19,561 nt of DNA, taken from positions 1 through 19,561 of the forward strand of contig CAZKRU010000076.1 of the NCBI GenBank assembly GCA_964555235.1. The letters run 5' to 3'. The notes under the pieces were generated by a model. The model was not told the DNA's origin. It worked only from the letters and a program-made list of their open reading frames with translations, and ran no database searches. Each line of letters begins with the position of its first letter. Position 1 is the stretch's first letter. Positions 16,069 through 19,561 of the stretch are shown here, piece after piece. The stretch comes from an uncultured Verrucomicrobiota bacterium. Its GTDB lineage: Bacteria > Verrucomicrobiota > Verrucomicrobiia > Methylacidiphilales > CAMAQI01. The position numbers were made by a program, and so were the translations under genes.

Positions 16069-17873
16069 ACCACCTCCGGAGTTTTGGGTTGTGTCACCTC
16101 ACTTTTTTTCGGATGCATCAACATTCCGAGCATTCCATCCACGAGACCTCGTCCCTCTCCCCCTGCGACAAGCACATCCGGCATGATCCGCACATTCCGT
16201 TCACCAATGGTCTGCATGATATGAGTCAGCGTATACGGAACCGCTCCCAGCGACTCGACTCCGAGACGATACGCTTCGGCTTTGGCCGCACCGGTCGAAC
16301 GAATCGCTTCGGATTCTCCCAGCGCACGAAGTCGCGTTGATTCCGCCTGCCCGTTCGCCTGCTGAACATCCGACTGCGCCTGGAGTTCCGCAATCCGGAC
16401 TCCCTGCTCCGATCGCACCAACTCTTGTTGAATATCCGCAATCGCGGTTTCACGCACCAACTGTTGTCGTTGGCGTTGCGCCTGTTCCTGCACCGTAAAG
16501 GTCTGTTGCTCTTCTTCCGCAATTTTACGATCGGTCTGCGTCTTCATGAGCTCCGCCGGAGGATTAATATCTCCAATCAGTGTATCGATTGCCTGCACAT
16601 CATACGCATCCAATGCCGCACGAATATGCGAAGCCGCCTCATGTTGACGCTCACTGCGGGAGCGCAAGAAATCGAGCACGGTGTTGTATTGTGCCGAATT
16701 CCGGAAATAGTTTCCGACAATCGGTTGCAGGACGTGATCGACCAGATTTTGCATCGATCCCGCACGCGAGATCACCTTCGGCGCATCCGTTGCCCCGACG
16801 TGAATGATCTGCGACACATCGAGATTGAACGCAAACCCGTCCTTGGAACGAACCGTGATCGAATTGAGTTTTGCATCATAATGATGTGCCTCTGTTCGAT
16901 TGGCCCAATTCAAGACGATGTTTGTCGTCGGAACCAATTCAACTTTCATGATCCGCGCGTTGAGGGGATGTTTTCCCGGATAGAGCGGCGTCACCCAGAC
17001 TCCTTTGTGACCTGGCAGGACGAGATCGCCATGTTTGAACTCCACGCCGCTGACATCTTCGTGAGCCAATCCAACATACGAGATGACCACACCGACATAA
17101 CCAATCGGCACTTCCACCATTGGTACCGGCTCCACCCGAACAAACCACGGATTCAAATTCCAGGTTCCGGAGAGGAGGATCTGTTCTTGAAGTCCACGAC
17201 GTCCCCCGTTCTCAATAAATCCCTGACCATTTTGGAAGTTTTCATGCCCCGGCACCACCGGTCCGGCGATTTCTCCAGCCTCGATGGAAATCCCATCTAA
17301 CGTCGTAACGACCCCAACCTGATCCGGCAAAATCTCGTGAACGCGAAGATCCATCGTGATCATTCCGTTGTGCTCCGCATTTGCCGAAGTCACGATGCTA
17401 AAGAGCGCCGTATTGATCCGGTACGTTCCCGCCGTTAATACTTCAAGTTGACGGCCTTTTTCCCCGCCATTTTTCAAGAATTTACGGGCATCCTGGAAAT
17501 GATCCGACTCCACGACGCGACCGAGGATCCGCTCCTGCGGAATCTGAGCACCTCCTTCCGCCACAACGAGTCCAATCTCTCCGGCGGAAATCACGACGAC
17601 CGGAATTTTTTCAATCCGATACATCCAGCTCCAATAACCAAAATGAAGCCCCGGCGCGAGTAAGTCGGCCTGCACTCCCGCCTCACCCTCCAACGCAATT
17701 AATGCGCCGGCAGGAAGCGAGCTTGACGAAATGCGCTTCACCACCAATCCGGATTGGAATTCACGAATATAGACCGGCCCCAACCACCATCCCATGGTGA
17801 GAAAGAGGAACGATAGAATAATTCCCGCCTGAATCAGGAAGGGCATTTCACGAAACAATTGCAACAAGGACAT
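16065..17873 (-). CDS. Flotillin-family (SPFH/band 7) membrane protein, FloT/YqiK-like
   Basis: 602 aa. N-terminal TM. SPFH domain. C-terminal coiled-coil with E/A/Q-rich repeats (QEQAQRQRQQLVRETAIADIQQELVRSEQGVRIAELQAQ...AKAEAYRLG) typical of bacterial flotillins. Confidence 0.8.
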   Translation of the reverse strand: MSLLQLFREMPFLIQAGIILSFLFLTMGWWLGPVYIREFQSGLVVKRISSSSLPAGALIALEGEAGVQADLLAPGLHFGYWSWMYRIEKIPVVVISAGEIGLVVAEGGAQIPQERILGRVVESDHFQDARKFLKNGGEKGRQLEVLTAGTYRINTALFSIVTSANAEHNGMITMDLRVHEILPDQVGVVTTLDGISIEAGEIAGPVVPGHENFQNGQGFIENGGRRGLQEQILLSGTWNLNPWFVRVEPVPMVEVPIGYVGVVISYVGLAHEDVSGVEFKHGDLVLPGHKGVWVTPLYPGKHPLNARIMKVELVPTTNIVLNWANRTEAHHYDAKLNSITVRSKDGFAFNLDVSQIIHVGATDAPKVISRAGSMQNLVDHVLQPIVGNYFRNSAQYNTVLDFLRSRSERQHEAASHIRAALDAYDVQAIDTLIGDINPPAELMKTQTDRKIAEEEQQTFTVQEQAQRQRQQLVRETAIADIQQELVRSEQGVRIAELQAQSDVQQANGQAESTRLRALGESEAIRSTGAAKAEAYRLGVESLGAVPYTLTHIMQTIGERNVRIMPDVLVAGGEGRGLVDGMLGMLMHPKKSEVTQPKTPEVV

Positions 17874-18209
17874 ACGAACTCCACGGTTGTGGGTGAGCCG
17901 CTTCGTCCTGTGAAGGCACGACGGCGCCCGGTTTTTTACGGGGAGATTTGCACGACCGGTCGGTCTGCGGGATCGCCCTTCCAGTTGCCGACGAGGTTAG
18001 CTGACGGGCTCGGCCTTGGAAGTGGCCGGGGAAGCCGGTTACCCGGATCCCTTTGCCCCCTCCGGAGTTGCCTCCGGAATTTGGGTCCCCCGCATCGATC
18101 CCCAGGAAGGAGGATCAGTTTAGGCTGCGTTTACCATTAAAAGATCGTCAAGATCCGGAGATTGTCAAACGACCACCCCGCAAGTGGCTGATGATGAGGT
18201 GAATTGAGT
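17874..18209 (-). other. GC-rich, highly structured intergenic region or leader upstream of the flotillin operon. It contains two adjacent GNRA-capped hairpins and a 10-bp perfect palindrome. Candidate cis-regulatory RNA or ncRNA.
   Basis: Minus-strand reading gives uccggag-GCAA-cuccgga (plus 18061-18078), then ccgg-GUAA-ccgg in an extended stem. CGACCGGTCG lies at 17953-17962. Local GC is well above the flanks. Confidence 0.35.
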
Positions 18210-19202
18210 TTAAAGCTTTCGCTTAAACCAGACCGTAATTCCAAGCGTTGAAATAATCGTAAGCCCAATGATGATCCAATACCCATTAATCCATTCCAAT
18301 TCCGGCATGATTTTGAAATTCATTCCGTACCAACTCGCGATCACCGTCGCCGGGGTTGTGATGACGGTTACAAAGGTCAATGCCTTGATGACTTCGTTCG
18401 AGTCGTTCGCCGCCTTATTCAAAAAGACATCCATCGAGAGCATCAACTGTTCCGTGTAGTTCGACGCCGTCTCTTCGATGCGGAGAAGATTGTCGTAGAC
18501 GTCTCGAAAATAAGGATAAAGCGATGGTCGGACGATTTTAAATTCCCCATGCACAATCCGATTAATCACCTCCCGTTGAGGCCTGACGATTTGCCTCAAC
18601 CCTGAAACATCCTTCTTCATCGTAATGAACTCTTCCATGATTTCTCGATGTCTCATGGTCGATTTTGTAGAAAAGATCAACTCTTCCATTTCCTGAATTT
18701 CTTCCGTCAATTCCGCCGTCACCGGCTGATAATTATCGACCATCAAATCAATAATCTGGTGCATGAGTCGATCAGGAAACTTCGCCGCCTGCTGATGGTT
18801 TTTCTGAATCCGCTCCATCGTCGTCTGCAAACTGCGCAACGGCACCGTATGATGCGTGACTAAAAATTCCTTTCCTAAAAAGAAATCGAGCTCAGAGGTC
18901 TGAAATTTATCTTTTCGCGAAAAATCAACCGCGTGCATGACGAGAAAGAGATAATCTTCGTAATCCTCAATCTTCGGGAGATGACTCACCGCCAGACAAT
19001 CTTCAATCGCCAAGGGGTGAAAATTAAAAACCTCTTCGAGAATCAATTTTGACTCCTGCGGAGTCGGCTCAAAGAGATCGACCCAAATATGCAATCCTTT
19101 GTCCGAACGCACAATCTTCAGGGCATCGGGATCGACATTTTCCCCGATGACTTTCCCCTCGCTAAATACAAAGGAGCGAATCACCCCCCTGTTAAATCCC
19201 AA
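18210..19202 (-). CDS. corA: Magnesium/cobalt transporter CorA
   Basis: 330 aa. Two C-terminal TM helices with the YGMNF (GMN) signature. Ends ..WFKRKL. Confidence 0.85.
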   Translation of the reverse strand: MGFNRGVIRSFVFSEGKVIGENVDPDALKIVRSDKGLHIWVDLFEPTPQESKLILEEVFNFHPLAIEDCLAVSHLPKIEDYEDYLFLVMHAVDFSRKDKFQTSELDFFLGKEFLVTHHTVPLRSLQTTMERIQKNHQQAAKFPDRLMHQIIDLMVDNYQPVTAELTEEIQEMEELIFSTKSTMRHREIMEEFITMKKDVSGLRQIVRPQREVINRIVHGEFKIVRPSLYPYFRDVYDNLLRIEETASNYTEQLMLSMDVFLNKAANDSNEVIKALTFVTVITTPATVIASWYGMNFKIMPELEWINGYWIIIGLTIISTLGITVWFKRKL

Positions 19203-19536
19203 AAACGGTAAAAGATCAACCCGTAAAAATTCAGATGGCCTCTTTTTGTTTCAATCCTTTGAGGGATCCGCTCCCGCCCCCCCCAACCAAAAACTCCGTG
19301 TGAAATAAGACATTCCTCACACGAAGCTCCTGCCCGTGGAACGTGCCGGCACGGTAGTGAAGCAGATTCATCTCTCGCCAAGCCCGCCAAGGCGCAAAGC
19401 GTTTGGATTTCATTGGTCTCTAAAACAGAAAAAGACCATCCACTCGTAAAGGATTTTCCTGAAGAAACCAGGAAGTGAGGAATTCAGGAATTTTGCCCGC
19501 GAAACACGCGAAACGTAAGAATCCCAAGTTGGAGGC

Positions 19537-19557
19537 GGGCTCCTTGGAGCCCTTTTC
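19537..19557 (+). terminator. Rho-independent terminator-like hairpin on the plus strand with no upstream plus-strand ORF
   Basis: gggctc-cttg-gagccc followed by ttttc. This orientation works only for plus-strand transcription. Confidence 0.4.
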
Positions 19558-19561
19558 AGGA

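Noticed and set aside
16425-17300. 291-aa plus-strand ORF
   Set aside because: It lies entirely antisense to the well-supported flotillin gene. Its composition is R/H/C-rich with no motifs. It is a typical shadow ORF of a GC-rich coding region.
17859-18140. 93-aa plus-strand ORF across the GC-rich intergenic region
   Set aside because: It is Arg/Gly/Pro-rich with no plausible fold. It is better explained as an open frame in GC-rich structured non-coding sequence.
18140-18168. Sigma70-like promoter TTGACA on the minus strand upstream of the flotillin leader
   Set aside because: A good -35 hexamer is present. No acceptable -10 hexamer lies at 16-19 bp spacing; the best is ATCTTT. Not reported as a promoter.
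17874-18209. Possible known RNA family: RNase P, SRP/4.5S, tmRNA, cobalamin, glycine, c-di-GMP-I, hammerhead (the CUGAUGA at 18189)
   Set aside because: The conserved cores I can recall for each family are not present in the right arrangement. These cores are GGAAAGUCCGG; GGAAGGAAGCAGC; a tRNA-like 3' end with a tag ORF; the GCCACUG...GGGAAGGC B12 box; the glycine GGAGAG...CACCGAAGGGGCAA motif; and the hammerhead helix II followed by GAAA. Left as an unclassified structured region.

Overview
This 19.6-kb window (GC about 55%) is gene-dense and almost everything is on the minus strand. I identified genes from protein motifs I recognise; no database searches were run. The six-frame track omits ORFs that cross the window edge, so the first gene (1..879, minus, partial) is not in it.

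In order along the window:
- 1..879: a partial gene with a CarD/TRCF-like N-terminus.
- 1041..2130: a 1.1-kb mobile element. It encodes an IS200/RAYT-type HUH Y1 transposase with a long C-terminal extension. It is bounded by inverted REP-like hairpin ends, and each end abuts a short tandem duplication.
- recF, then an outer-membrane beta-barrel protein, a secreted hypothetical protein, and a divergent PAP2 phosphatase.
- An orphan antitoxin of the TIGR02574-like 'addiction module component' family. Its translationally coupled ParE/RelE-like toxin is reduced to a 27-codon remnant.
- A 3-gene operon made of two small hypothetical proteins around a secreted rhodanese-like protein.
- A 530-bp divergent intergenic region containing a 279-bp element with 34-bp near-perfect terminal inverted repeats (MITE-like or structured RNA).
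- A small lipoprotein and a DUF2237 protein.
- A seven-gene iron-uptake operon: TonB-dependent receptor, YbiX/PiuC hydroxylase, an unknown TPR-like protein, PepSY/PiuB-like protein, ExbB, ExbD and TonB. Upstream lies a phased array of AATCTGYG repeats where a Fur box would be expected.
- A membrane protein paired with a flotillin (SPFH) gene. It is preceded by a GC-rich structured leader that has tandem GNRA hairpins and a CGACCGGTCGG palindrome also found at 7240.
- CorA.
- A plus-strand intrinsic terminator with no ORF (sRNA candidate) at the right edge.

The most novel-looking items are the extended RAYT element with its REP-like ends, the AATCTGYG repeat array, the 279-bp inverted-repeat element, and the structured leader/palindrome pair.
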